A DNA stretch of 10,637 nt from Opitutus sp. GAS368 (GCA_945861645.1 CAMAVZ010000056.1:1-10637), one strand, 5' to 3'; positions 1 to 6,984 are shown, counted from the stretch's first letter. Translations and numbers: made by a program. Notes: generated by a model not told the origin, from the letters alone.

Positions 1-28
1 TGCCGCTGAGACAATTGGTTAGGCGCAT
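1..28 (-). CDS. Possible 5' end of a downstream gene (MRLTNCLSG...), by context perhaps a TonB-dependent receptor; runs off the window
   Basis: Minus-strand ATG at 28-26, 39 nt after the FecR stop, open to the window edge. The product is inferred only from the usual ECF sigma-FecR-TBDR gene order. Confidence 0.25.
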
Positions 29-67
29 AGCAAATAATTCGTGCGCCAGGCGCAAGGAACCGGCAAT

Positions 68-1090
68 TCAGGGAGCGCGGCGCAGGATGATTTCTGCGTC
101 GTTGCGCTCAACCACAAAGCCACCTTCCCGTTCCAACGCACTGATGAACAGATCAATCTGATTCAGGAAGATCACACCCCCAACCCTGCGGTTGCCGAGA
201 TCTTCATCCTTCAGGACAATCTGGGTCGAATTGCATCGGTTCATGCGGACGACCAGTTCGCGCAGCGGCACATCGACAAAGTTCGTCATACGGTTCTCCC
301 AGGCGAGAAGGGCCTGGATCGAACCGGCATCGGTTTTTTCAATTTTCGGCGCTCCCAACGCGTCATGGGGAATTTGCGTGCGCTCGCCAGCCACCAGTAC
401 GGGCTGGGCCCCTGTCACTTTTGGGTCGGCTGCCGGCCCCACCTCGACCTTACCCTCGGTGACTAGCACATCGACGGCCTCGCCGGTCAACCGGACGTTA
501 AAAGCCGTGCCAACCGCCCGCAGGGCCACACCTCGCGCGGTCACGATGAATGGCTTGGCCGGATCATGTGCGACCTGAAAATGCGCCTCTCCGCTGACGA
601 GCGTGACATTCCGCGCTTTCGCCGTAAAACGAACTTCGACCCGGCAGTTCTCATTCAAATCGACCACGGAACCGTCGGCCAGCGCCACGCGGCGTGGCTC
701 AGGCGTCTCGGTCGTGTAGACCTCTTCCGCGGCAAACCGGGTGGCGCCAAACCACCAGATCGTGGCCCCCAAGACCAGACCGGCTGCGATTCCTGCGGCC
801 CAAGAATACGGTTTGAACCGGGCCAGCCAGTGCTTTGATGCGTCAGTGGGGTGTTCGGCTGGGAGGGTGAATCTCGCTTCGTAGGCTCCACGAATTTTTC
901 GAAGCTCGTTGAACAACAAAAGGGTGTCGCCAACGCGGGAAACGGCCTCCGCATGCCGGGGATCTTGCGCGAGCCATTCGGCGAACGCTCGGGCGCGGTC
1001 GGGCGCAAATCCCTCATCCCGCTCGATCAGCCAGTCGGCCGCCGCGGCGTCGAGCAGCTTGTCGGAAGCGAGCTTGTCGGAAGAATTCAT
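68..1090 (-). CDS. FecR-family anti-sigma factor / transmembrane sensor
   Basis: 340 aa. N-terminal AAAADWL...FAEWLAQDPRHAEA helix pair, one TM segment (WAAGIAAGLVLGATIWWF), FecR core LADGSVVDLN...LVSGEAHFQVAHDPAKPFIV...AVGTAFNV...VTEGKVEV, C-terminal AW..F.DVPL.ELV..MNR. Directly downstream of an ECF sigma. Confidence 0.95.
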   Translation of the reverse strand: MNSSDKLASDKLLDAAAADWLIERDEGFAPDRARAFAEWLAQDPRHAEAVSRVGDTLLLFNELRKIRGAYEARFTLPAEHPTDASKHWLARFKPYSWAAGIAAGLVLGATIWWFGATRFAAEEVYTTETPEPRRVALADGSVVDLNENCRVEVRFTAKARNVTLVSGEAHFQVAHDPAKPFIVTARGVALRAVGTAFNVRLTGEAVDVLVTEGKVEVGPAADPKVTGAQPVLVAGERTQIPHDALGAPKIEKTDAGSIQALLAWENRMTNFVDVPLRELVVRMNRCNSTQIVLKDEDLGNRRVGGVIFLNQIDLFISALEREGGFVVERNDAEIILRRAP

Positions 1091-1123
1091 GCGGGGATCT
1101 GATTTGACGCGGAGGAACCGCGC

Positions 1124-1660
1124 CTAGGCTGAGGCCGCCAGCTGGCCGCGTTTCCGAAAGTAATCCGTGCAGTCGCGCAATCCTTTTGCCAAGTGAATTT
1201 TGACGGTTTCGGTTGATATCCCCAGGTGCTCGGCGATCTGCTTGTAGCTGAACCCATCCAGATGGCGCAAAACGATCACTTCACGACAGCGCGGCGGGAG
1301 GGTGGCCATCGATTCACGCAACATTTCGAGCCTTTGCTGGTGCTCCAACGTTTCGACGATGCCCGGGGCTGCTTCGAGCGCTGGGAGGGCCTCGACTTCG
1401 GAGATGACCTCGGACGGACGCCTTTGGCGGCGGCGCACCAGATCAATCGCAACGTTGCGCGCAACCGTGAAAAGAAAAGCTCGGACACAGGAAGTTAGCG
1501 GACCTTTGCTTTCCGCCCGGAGAATTCGGATGTAGGCTTCCTGCACGATGTCGTCGTGATCCGGCAAGGTCGAGAACCGCTTCTGCAGATAGGCGCGCAA
1601 AATCGGTTCATGAAGCCCGATCTCTTCGGCAAACCAGCGGTCTTGTTCGGTCGAATACAT
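1124..1660 (-). CDS. ECF-family RNA polymerase sigma-70 factor (FecI-like)
   Basis: Region 2 DDIVQEAYIRI...FLFTVARNVAIDLVRR and region 4 LPPRCREVIVLRHLDGFSYKQIAEHLGISTETVKIHL. ATG at 1660 (178 aa) is preferred to the ORF-track start at 1735 because the extra 25 aa are not sigma-like. Confidence 0.93.
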   Translation of the reverse strand: MYSTEQDRWFAEEIGLHEPILRAYLQKRFSTLPDHDDIVQEAYIRILRAESKGPLTSCVRAFLFTVARNVAIDLVRRRQRRPSEVISEVEALPALEAAPGIVETLEHQQRLEMLRESMATLPPRCREVIVLRHLDGFSYKQIAEHLGISTETVKIHLAKGLRDCTDYFRKRGQLAASA

Positions 1661-1788
1661 GAAAGCAACCCGCCTAGAGTCGCAGGGGTTTACGGGTGGG
1701 TGACAAAAACATGCCCGATATATCAGCCGGCGCAATCCATGAAATTAAGCATCGAGAATTTATCCTGAATTTTAGTCTACCCCAACAA

Positions 1789-1805
1789 GTTTCCGGAAAC
1801 GTTTC
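1789..1805. promoter_or_regulatory. Overlapping palindromes, candidate LacI-type operator upstream of the ECF sigma
   Basis: GTTTCCGGAAAC (1789-1800) and GAAACGTTTC (1796-1805) are perfect palindromes. An AAACGTTT core is typical of LacI-family operators. Confidence 0.35.
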
Positions 1806-1959
1806 GTCTTATGCAATTGCTGGTTGCTGGGCTGAAGAACTCATATGTGTTGCCTGATCCATTACGTTGGCTCCTTCGAATAATTTTGTTATTTGCACTC
1901 GTTGGGCTGCACTTGAAGCCGATCCGTGATGGTTTACACATTCCCCAGCAAGCGTCTTC

Positions 1960-3552
1960 CTATTTTCCTCCATCTTTCTCCGCTGGAATGTCCCGCTCCC
2001 AAATTCTGTTCTTCAACGCCTCGAAGTAGCCTTGGTTGGTGGGCTTTAGCCTCCACATATCAATCCTCTTGATTTGCAGAGGCGCACCAACGGAAAAAGC
2101 GCTGAAATCGGGCTTGTTGAGGTATCCCGCATCGGATGCGATGACTGCCTGGCGATCGTTGGCGAAGACTTCGACGACGTACTTATCGATGTAGATCCGC
2201 AGCTTGACATCCTCCCCCGGTGGCAAATCAGTGACTCGAAATGGCGCCTCTGTGTTTCCGACCCGAAGCGTGCCGGTTTCGGGCCGAAAAAGAATCGGCA
2301 GGCCGCCTCCTTGTTCATCTGAAAAAAGCCTGAAACCAAAGAGCTTCCGCTCCGCTTGCTCTCGCGTAATGGTGATGCCGATTTCGATGGCATCGCCCTC
2401 CAATCCGGCAATCTTCTGCCCGGTGGGCATTCCCAGTTTCATAAACGGCGGCTCGTATTCACCGATATCAACATCAGAGAATGTTCTTTGATCATAGCGA
2501 AGCGTCTCCAGTTCGCGCAGAGGCCTGATCCGCAAGCTCCCGTCGCCCCCCAGACTCAGTTCACGCGGTAATGACTGCAGGGTCTTTTTGTTCAGCGTCC
2601 CGGCGGGTGCACCGAGAGTCGCACACCATGCCCACATTACCCGGCGCCCGTCCGGCGTGAGAACGCTTTCCGGTGCGAAGAAATCAATCCCCCAACCAAA
2701 TAGACCTTGATCCTCCCTCCTCCAGTTCATCCGCGCGTGTTTTTCCGGAACAAACTGTTCGGTCTTCGCATCCCACTCGCCGAGGTAATAGCGGCAACCG
2801 AGAGTATGGCTGATGCAAAGCAGCATCCATTTGTCACCGAGGGGAAAGAAGTTCGGACAAGAAATATCCTCCGTCAATGAGACGTCTGGCATGTCGTGCC
2901 GTAGAAAATTCCCCACCAGAGTCCATTTCTTCAGGTCCTTCGATCTCATTAACACCGGGCCTTTGCTCCGGGTTTTAGCGAATTGGCTTTTGGGGCTCGT
3001 GCCCGAGAGTGCATAATAGGTATCTTTGATCAGGAACAGATCTGGATCCCAGTGGCTTATTTCAGCCTTTGAATCGTCGAGGTTATAGACTTCGACCGGA
3101 TACGGCTTCTCCCAAGACGCCAGTCGCCGGTCCTGCGAGATGGCAATTTGGTTTTTGTCCGAGCCCCAGCCATGATAGATGACCGCCGGTTTCCCTTCCT
3201 TGGTGATAAACCCGGTGCCGCTGAACATGCCATGGCCAGTGAACGATGGCTGAAGCTTCGTGGGTTGCCAGGTCCAGTGCAACATGTCTGGGCTCGTGAT
3301 GTGAACAAAGCTGAAATCACGAAATTTGTCATCGTTCGGCCGGGCCAAAATATAGTGCAGATGATATACTCCATCGAGATAGAAAGCAGCATTCGGATCA
3401 CCGGGCATACTTTCGCCGCCCGGATGCATGAGGTGGTAGCTAAGTGCAGATTCCGATGCAGGCGCAACCACAGTCGCAGGCTGCAGCGCATTTTCAGCAG
3501 CATGAAGCGTCAATGCCACAGTTGACAGTGAAATGATTGCGAAGAGTTTCAT
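1960..3552 (-). CDS. Secreted glycoside hydrolase family 32-like protein (five-bladed propeller plus C-terminal beta-sandwich)
   Basis: 530 aa. Sec signal MKLFAIISLSTVALTLHA. Motifs GDPNA, YHLHY, HITSPDMLHW, FSGTG, WDPD, SCPNFFPLGDKWML, DFFAPES..DGRRVMWAW, SLPREL, LRIRPLRELETLR, LRIYIDKYVVEVFAND. Confidence 0.9.
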   Translation of the reverse strand: MKLFAIISLSTVALTLHAAENALQPATVVAPASESALSYHLMHPGGESMPGDPNAAFYLDGVYHLHYILARPNDDKFRDFSFVHITSPDMLHWTWQPTKLQPSFTGHGMFSGTGFITKEGKPAVIYHGWGSDKNQIAISQDRRLASWEKPYPVEVYNLDDSKAEISHWDPDLFLIKDTYYALSGTSPKSQFAKTRSKGPVLMRSKDLKKWTLVGNFLRHDMPDVSLTEDISCPNFFPLGDKWMLLCISHTLGCRYYLGEWDAKTEQFVPEKHARMNWRREDQGLFGWGIDFFAPESVLTPDGRRVMWAWCATLGAPAGTLNKKTLQSLPRELSLGGDGSLRIRPLRELETLRYDQRTFSDVDIGEYEPPFMKLGMPTGQKIAGLEGDAIEIGITITREQAERKLFGFRLFSDEQGGGLPILFRPETGTLRVGNTEAPFRVTDLPPGEDVKLRIYIDKYVVEVFANDRQAVIASDAGYLNKPDFSAFSVGAPLQIKRIDMWRLKPTNQGYFEALKNRIWERDIPAEKDGGK

Positions 3553-3759
3553 AGTTGAGTAGGTTTCGCTTGGAATAGCTTATCCTAAGGCAAATATTCA
3601 ATACGTGGGCATTCCCCCATTTGGGGGAGGCGCGCTCGATAAGGCATGTCCGGTTACTCGTATAACGCCTAAGCCGCCGTGATCTCCCTCGGCGGCACTG
3701 TCACGGATAACTTAGTCACAAGCGAGTCAAACGCCTGATCACGGCTGCTTCGTGTCCCA

Positions 3760-4074
3760 GATGGACTACCATCCTTTCGCCGGCAGATTTTCCCAGCGGT
3801 GCAGGGCAATATCAATGTCCTGGGTTTTGTCTTCCCCAACTTCGAAATATGGACAATCGAGGCGATATTCGGGCCCCTTGGCCACCACGAGTTCGTATCG
3901 TCCAACCGGCATGCGGGCGTGATAATCACCCTTGATATAGAACGCTGACGGATTACGCACGGGCCATGGGATCTGCTCCGGCAGCAAGTTGACTACCCGG
4001 ATCGCTTCCTCCCGTCGCTTCACGGCGACCGCTTATTCGCTCGGCAAAGGAATGCGGAGGGTGGAATCGTAGAT
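3760..4074 (-). pseudogene. Internal fragment of a CehA/McbA-like metallohydrolase gene (carboxypeptidase-regulatory-like beta domain), interrupted by stops
   Basis: One frame reads IYDSTLRIPLPSE*AVAVKRREEAIRVV...FYIKGDYHARMPVGRYELVVAKGPEY...LHRWENLPAKGW*S. P.GRY.L.V.KGPEY and RW..LPA.GW(Y)S precede the GDxHxH metal motif in this family. In-frame stops at 4033-4035 and 3766-3768; no GDxHxH follows. Confidence 0.6.
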
Positions 4075-4531
4075 AACCCCACTCGGCGAAGGTGATCGGC
4101 AGATTGCCCTGGGCGCGCATCGTCAAGGCGTCACCGTGGACGAGGTTTTGCGAAAGCACGTAGAACGCGGCGCGATACACGTCGTCCGACGAGGCGAGGT
4201 TTAGATACCCGGCGAAAATCTTCAGCAGGTTGGCGCGGCACTCGGCAATGTTGTCTGGCAACAGTTCGATGCCGTAAATGCACATCAGCCCAAGCAGCGC
4301 GTAGTGCCGGCGCTCAAAATCGGACTGGCCATATTTGAGTTCCACAGCGGCGAGTTTGCGCCGCAAGATTTGCGTGAGGAAATTGCCATCACCGCAAGCC
4401 GACCCCAAGAAGCGCGAGTCAATGCGCTCGGTCTCGCCCTTCACCAAATTGAGCATCGCCTCGACCATCCATGCGGGGGTGAAAACCTCTCCGTGGTCGG
4501 CGACGCGTTGTTTTGATTTTACGAGGCTCAT
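4070..4531 (-). pseudogene. Truncated N-6 DNA methyltransferase-like restriction-modification subunit
   Basis: MSLVKSKQRVADHGEVFTP, altered SAM motif I FLGSACGDGNFL (usually LEPACG.GNF), IYGIELLPDN, NLVHGDAL, ITFAEWGYL. After 4070 the ORF reads out of frame through the metallohydrolase fragment to a stop at 3953. ATG at 4531 is the likely start. Confidence 0.75.
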
Positions 4532-4593
4532 GAGCAAACGCGGTTGGAGCATAGCCCAGCACTGATCGCGTGAAAGTTAAGAACGCGTATGAT

Positions 4594-4795
4594 CCTAAAT
4601 TCCGCAGTTGAATTTACACAATAGAATGGAGGACAGACATATTCGATTCACCTGATAGGTGAAGAACCGTCTACTCTAAACCTGTCTCGCCATCTACATG
4701 AGGAAATAGCGCTATTGATAGATGATGAATAAGATGGAAAGCACTCTTCAACTGCGGCGCAGTTGAAATAAAACATATCAACTGCGGAAGATAGG
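4594..4795. mobile_element. 202-bp non-autonomous MITE-like element, ends resembling IS1634-family termini
   Basis: TIRs CCTAAATTCCGCAGTTGA (4594-4611) and TCAACTGCGGAAGATAGG (4778-4795) match at 16/18. Flanked by the direct repeat ATGAT (4589-4593 and 4796-4800). AT-rich interior with no transposase. Confidence 0.8.
4747..4767. repeat. Internal palindrome made of two extra copies of the TIR core
   Basis: TTCAACTGCG-G-CGCAGTTGAA, a perfect 10-1-10 inverted repeat with the same TCAACTGCG core as the TIRs. Confidence 0.85.
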
Positions 4796-5192
4796 ATGAT
4801 AACGGGATTGGTTGAGAATGGCGGTGGAAGTTGGGGGGGGAACCGGGTTTTCGCGGGCCATGGTCGTGGGGTGGAGCGTGCCGGATTGGACCGGTCTGGG
4901 GTCGCAAGGGTGGTTTCTGTTTTCGACCAACGGAGGGCCTGAGGCAAACTACCCATTCTGCCTTTGCCCCGCGCCTTGATCAACCCACCCGCTCGTTCAC
5001 TGCCTTGGGGCAAGTCGCGCTCCGTGCCGCCGCCAAGGCCCCCATCGTGGCTAAGTAACAGGTGTATCTTGGAAAAATAAACCTAACGGAAGAAGGAGCT
5101 GCTGGAAGGCTCCCTGAAGTCTTCGCCCGCAAGGCGTAGCCGTGTGCGGAAGCAGACCGGGTCTTTCCAGTGTCCCGAACCGGTACATTTCT

Positions 5193-5213
5193 GTATGCTA
5201 CTGGTATGCTACT
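5193..5213. repeat. Tandem 10-bp direct repeat, candidate integrase arm-type binding sites
   Basis: GTATGCTACT at 5193-5202 and 5204-5213 (11-bp period), 19 nt beyond the tRNA CCA end. Confidence 0.55.
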
Positions 5214-5232
5214 TTAGTCCTCATAGGAGGAA

Positions 5233-5318
5233 TGGTGCCCGGGGTGGGACTCGAACCCACACATCTTTACAGATCACAGATTTTAAGTCTGTTGCGTATA
5301 CCATTCCGCCACCCGGGC
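5233..5318 (-). tRNA. tRNA-Leu (anticodon TAA), CCA encoded, no intron
   Basis: Reverse complement GCCCGGGTGGCGGAATGGTATACGCAACAGACTTAAAATCTGTGATCTGTAAAGATGTGTGGGTTCGAGTCCCACCCCGGGCACCA. Acceptor stem, anticodon stem ACAGA/TCTGT with loop CTTAAAA, long variable arm, GGTTCGAGTCC T-arm. Confidence 0.97.
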
Positions 5319-5429
5319 GAGGTTTGGGATTGCTGAATTCAGATTGCGGAATGAAGTGGGGCGCGTGGCAAGCGAGTTTCCAGTCCAACTGCATAGTTCC
5401 CTTATCCGTCGCTGGGTGGGGTATTGCGT

Positions 5430-6011
5430 ATGAAGATCGGTTTTTTGGGCGGGAGCTTTGATCCGGTTCACTTCGGGCACTTGATTGCCGCGCAAGATGT
5501 GTATGAACAATACCACTTCGATCGCCTGTTTTTGGTGCCGGCAGCGCAGGCGCCGTTAAAAGCCCAAGATATGCAATCGGTTGCGGAGGATCGATTGGCA
5601 ATGTTGCGGGTGGCTTGCGAATGGGACCATCGCCTCGAGATCGCTGATTATGAATTAAATAAGGGCGGGGTTAGCTACACCATCGATTCCGTTCGGCATT
5701 TCCGGCAACAGTTTCCCCAGGATGAGCTTTTTTGGATTATCGGTGGTGATCAACTTCCTTTATTGCATAAGTGGAAGGATATAAGACAGTTGGCAGTCAT
5801 GATTGAGTTTATTTTTCTCGAACGACCTGGGCACCCGAGCAAGCCTCACACCGATATCCCCGGTCTTCGCTTGCACCGCTGCGATGGGCATTTGATCGAG
5901 ATTAGCTCCAGCGAGCTGCGTCAGCGGGTGAGGCATGGGCGTTCCCTGAACTATTTTTGTCCACAAAAAGTTATCGCCTATATCGAGCGCAAGAAGCTCT
6001 ATCGCCAATGA
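5430..6011 (+). CDS. nadD: Nicotinate-nucleotide adenylyltransferase
   Basis: MKIGFLGGSFDPVHFGH (HxGH), SYTIDS, WIIGGDQ...HKW, ISSSELR, YIERKKLY. ATG at 5430. Followed by rsfS, a common arrangement. Confidence 0.96.
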   Translation: MKIGFLGGSFDPVHFGHLIAAQDVYEQYHFDRLFLVPAAQAPLKAQDMQSVAEDRLAMLRVACEWDHRLEIADYELNKGGVSYTIDSVRHFRQQFPQDELFWIIGGDQLPLLHKWKDIRQLAVMIEFIFLERPGHPSKPHTDIPGLRLHRCDGHLIEISSSELRQRVRHGRSLNYFCPQKVIAYIERKKLYRQ

Positions 6012-6433
6012 TGAAGCAGACTCTGGTTACTAAAAAAGCGGTTAAAGCGGCCAAGCCTGCAAGCAAGGCTGCGCCGAAGACCAAGCCATCGATTCGGCTG
6101 CTTAAGCTGATCGTGACGGCATTAGCTGATAAAAAGGCTGAGGATCTCCGCGTGCTCGATGTCAGCAAGGCTTCAAGTATTACCGACTATCTCGTGCTGG
6201 CGACCGGCAACTCTGAACCGCATCTGCGCGCTCTCCGCATCGAGATTGAGCGGGTATTGGATGACGAAAAGGCCCGTATTCTCGGGGTCGATACGAGCAA
6301 GGGCAGCGGTTGGACGGTGGTAGATGCCTTTGAAGTAATGATTCATGTTTTCACTCCAGAAAATCGCGGCAAGTATCGGATGGAGCAGCTTTGGAAAGAT
6401 GCCAGCGACTTGCCGCTACCTAAGTTGCTCTAA
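6008..6433 (+). CDS. rsfS: Ribosome silencing factor (Iojap/RsfS)
   Basis: DKKAEDLRVLDV, ITDYLVLATGNSEPHLRAL, WTVVDAFEVMIHVF...RGKYRMEQLW. ATG 6008 overlaps the nadD stop (ATGA). Confidence 0.94.
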   Translation: MMKQTLVTKKAVKAAKPASKAAPKTKPSIRLLKLIVTALADKKAEDLRVLDVSKASSITDYLVLATGNSEPHLRALRIEIERVLDDEKARILGVDTSKGSGWTVVDAFEVMIHVFTPENRGKYRMEQLWKDASDLPLPKLL

Positions 6434-6636
6434 TATAGATATTAAAATATAAATTAAGGGGGATACGGTTTTTAGATCGGGTATTTATCAGGCGTCGCAG
6501 ATCGGCTCCTGTGAGTGGCGGACTGTTTTATTTCAAAATGCATCAGCCTTGCATTCACGTATTAGGCATGATTCGCTCCGCTTGCACGTCAGCGTATACA
6601 CATTGGCGTGGAAACTAAATTAACATAATAAATATA

Positions 6637-6984
6637 ATGAATACCCGTTCCAAGTCAGGTTTTACGCTCGTTGAAATCATGATCGTCGTGGTCATCATCG
6701 GCCTCTTGGCCGCCATGGCCATTCCCGCGTTCCAGAAGGTTCGCCAGTCCTCCCAAGATAAAGCGGTGCTCAACAATGCGCGCCAGCTCTCCGCGGCCGC
6801 TGACCAATTCTTCCTCGAGAACGGCGTCACTAGCGCTGCCTCTGTTTCACTGGTTGGCGCGACCAACTACGTGAAGGCCGTTAACACGGTGGCCAGCGAG
6901 ACCTATCCCACTGGTTACACGCAAGGTATCACCATCACCATCAGTGGTGTCGCGGGTTCCCGCACGATCACGTACGCGCCGTAA
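6637..6984 (+). CDS. Type IV pilin (prepilin N-terminal cleavage/methylation domain), probable major pilin
   Basis: Basic leader MNTRSKSG, cleavage site G|FTLVE with E5, hydrophobic helix IMIVVVIIGLLAAMAIP. 107-aa mature protein, AT-rich 5' leader, mostly C/G-ending codons, its own terminator. Confidence 0.92.
   Translation: MNTRSKSGFTLVEIMIVVVIIGLLAAMAIPAFQKVRQSSQDKAVLNNARQLSAAADQFFLENGVTSAASVSLVGATNYVKAVNTVASETYPTGYTQGITITISGVAGSRTITYAP

Noticed and set aside
41-1768. Many 70-140 aa ORFs overlapping fecR and the sigma gene
   Set aside because: Shadow frames of well-supported GC-rich genes, with no recognisable motifs.
1761-1780. ATCCTGAATT (and ATCCTAAGG near 3582) as extra MITE ends
   Set aside because: Both lack the CCGCAGTTGA core, and the match is too short.
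1811-2029. 72-aa + strand ORF with a hydrophobic stretch
   Set aside because: Overlaps the GH32 3' end on the opposite strand, has no clear RBS and no recognisable family.
2046-3525. Alternative ORFs within the GH32 gene
   Set aside because: Antisense or out-of-frame shadows.
3953-4552. The 199-aa ORF as an intact methyltransferase
   Set aside because: The tail after 4070 is out-of-frame read-through of another gene fragment, and the SAM motif is altered.
4594-4795. TCAACTGCG repeats as a CRISPR array or integron attC sites
   Set aside because: The repeats are inverted and irregularly spaced, with no cas or intI gene. TIRs plus a target duplication explain them better.
4648-5058. ORFs 4648-5013, 4671-4907 and 4831-5058
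   Set aside because: They cross the MITE boundary or the hairpin tract, have low-complexity translations and show no motifs.
5142-5601. ORFs overlapping the tRNA and nadD start
   Set aside because: Spurious translations of the tRNA and of antisense nadD.
6540-6620. Sigma-54 promoter for the pilin (AGGCATGATTCGC)
   Set aside because: GG-to-GC spacing is 8 rather than the required 10, and no convincing sigma-70 pair was found either.
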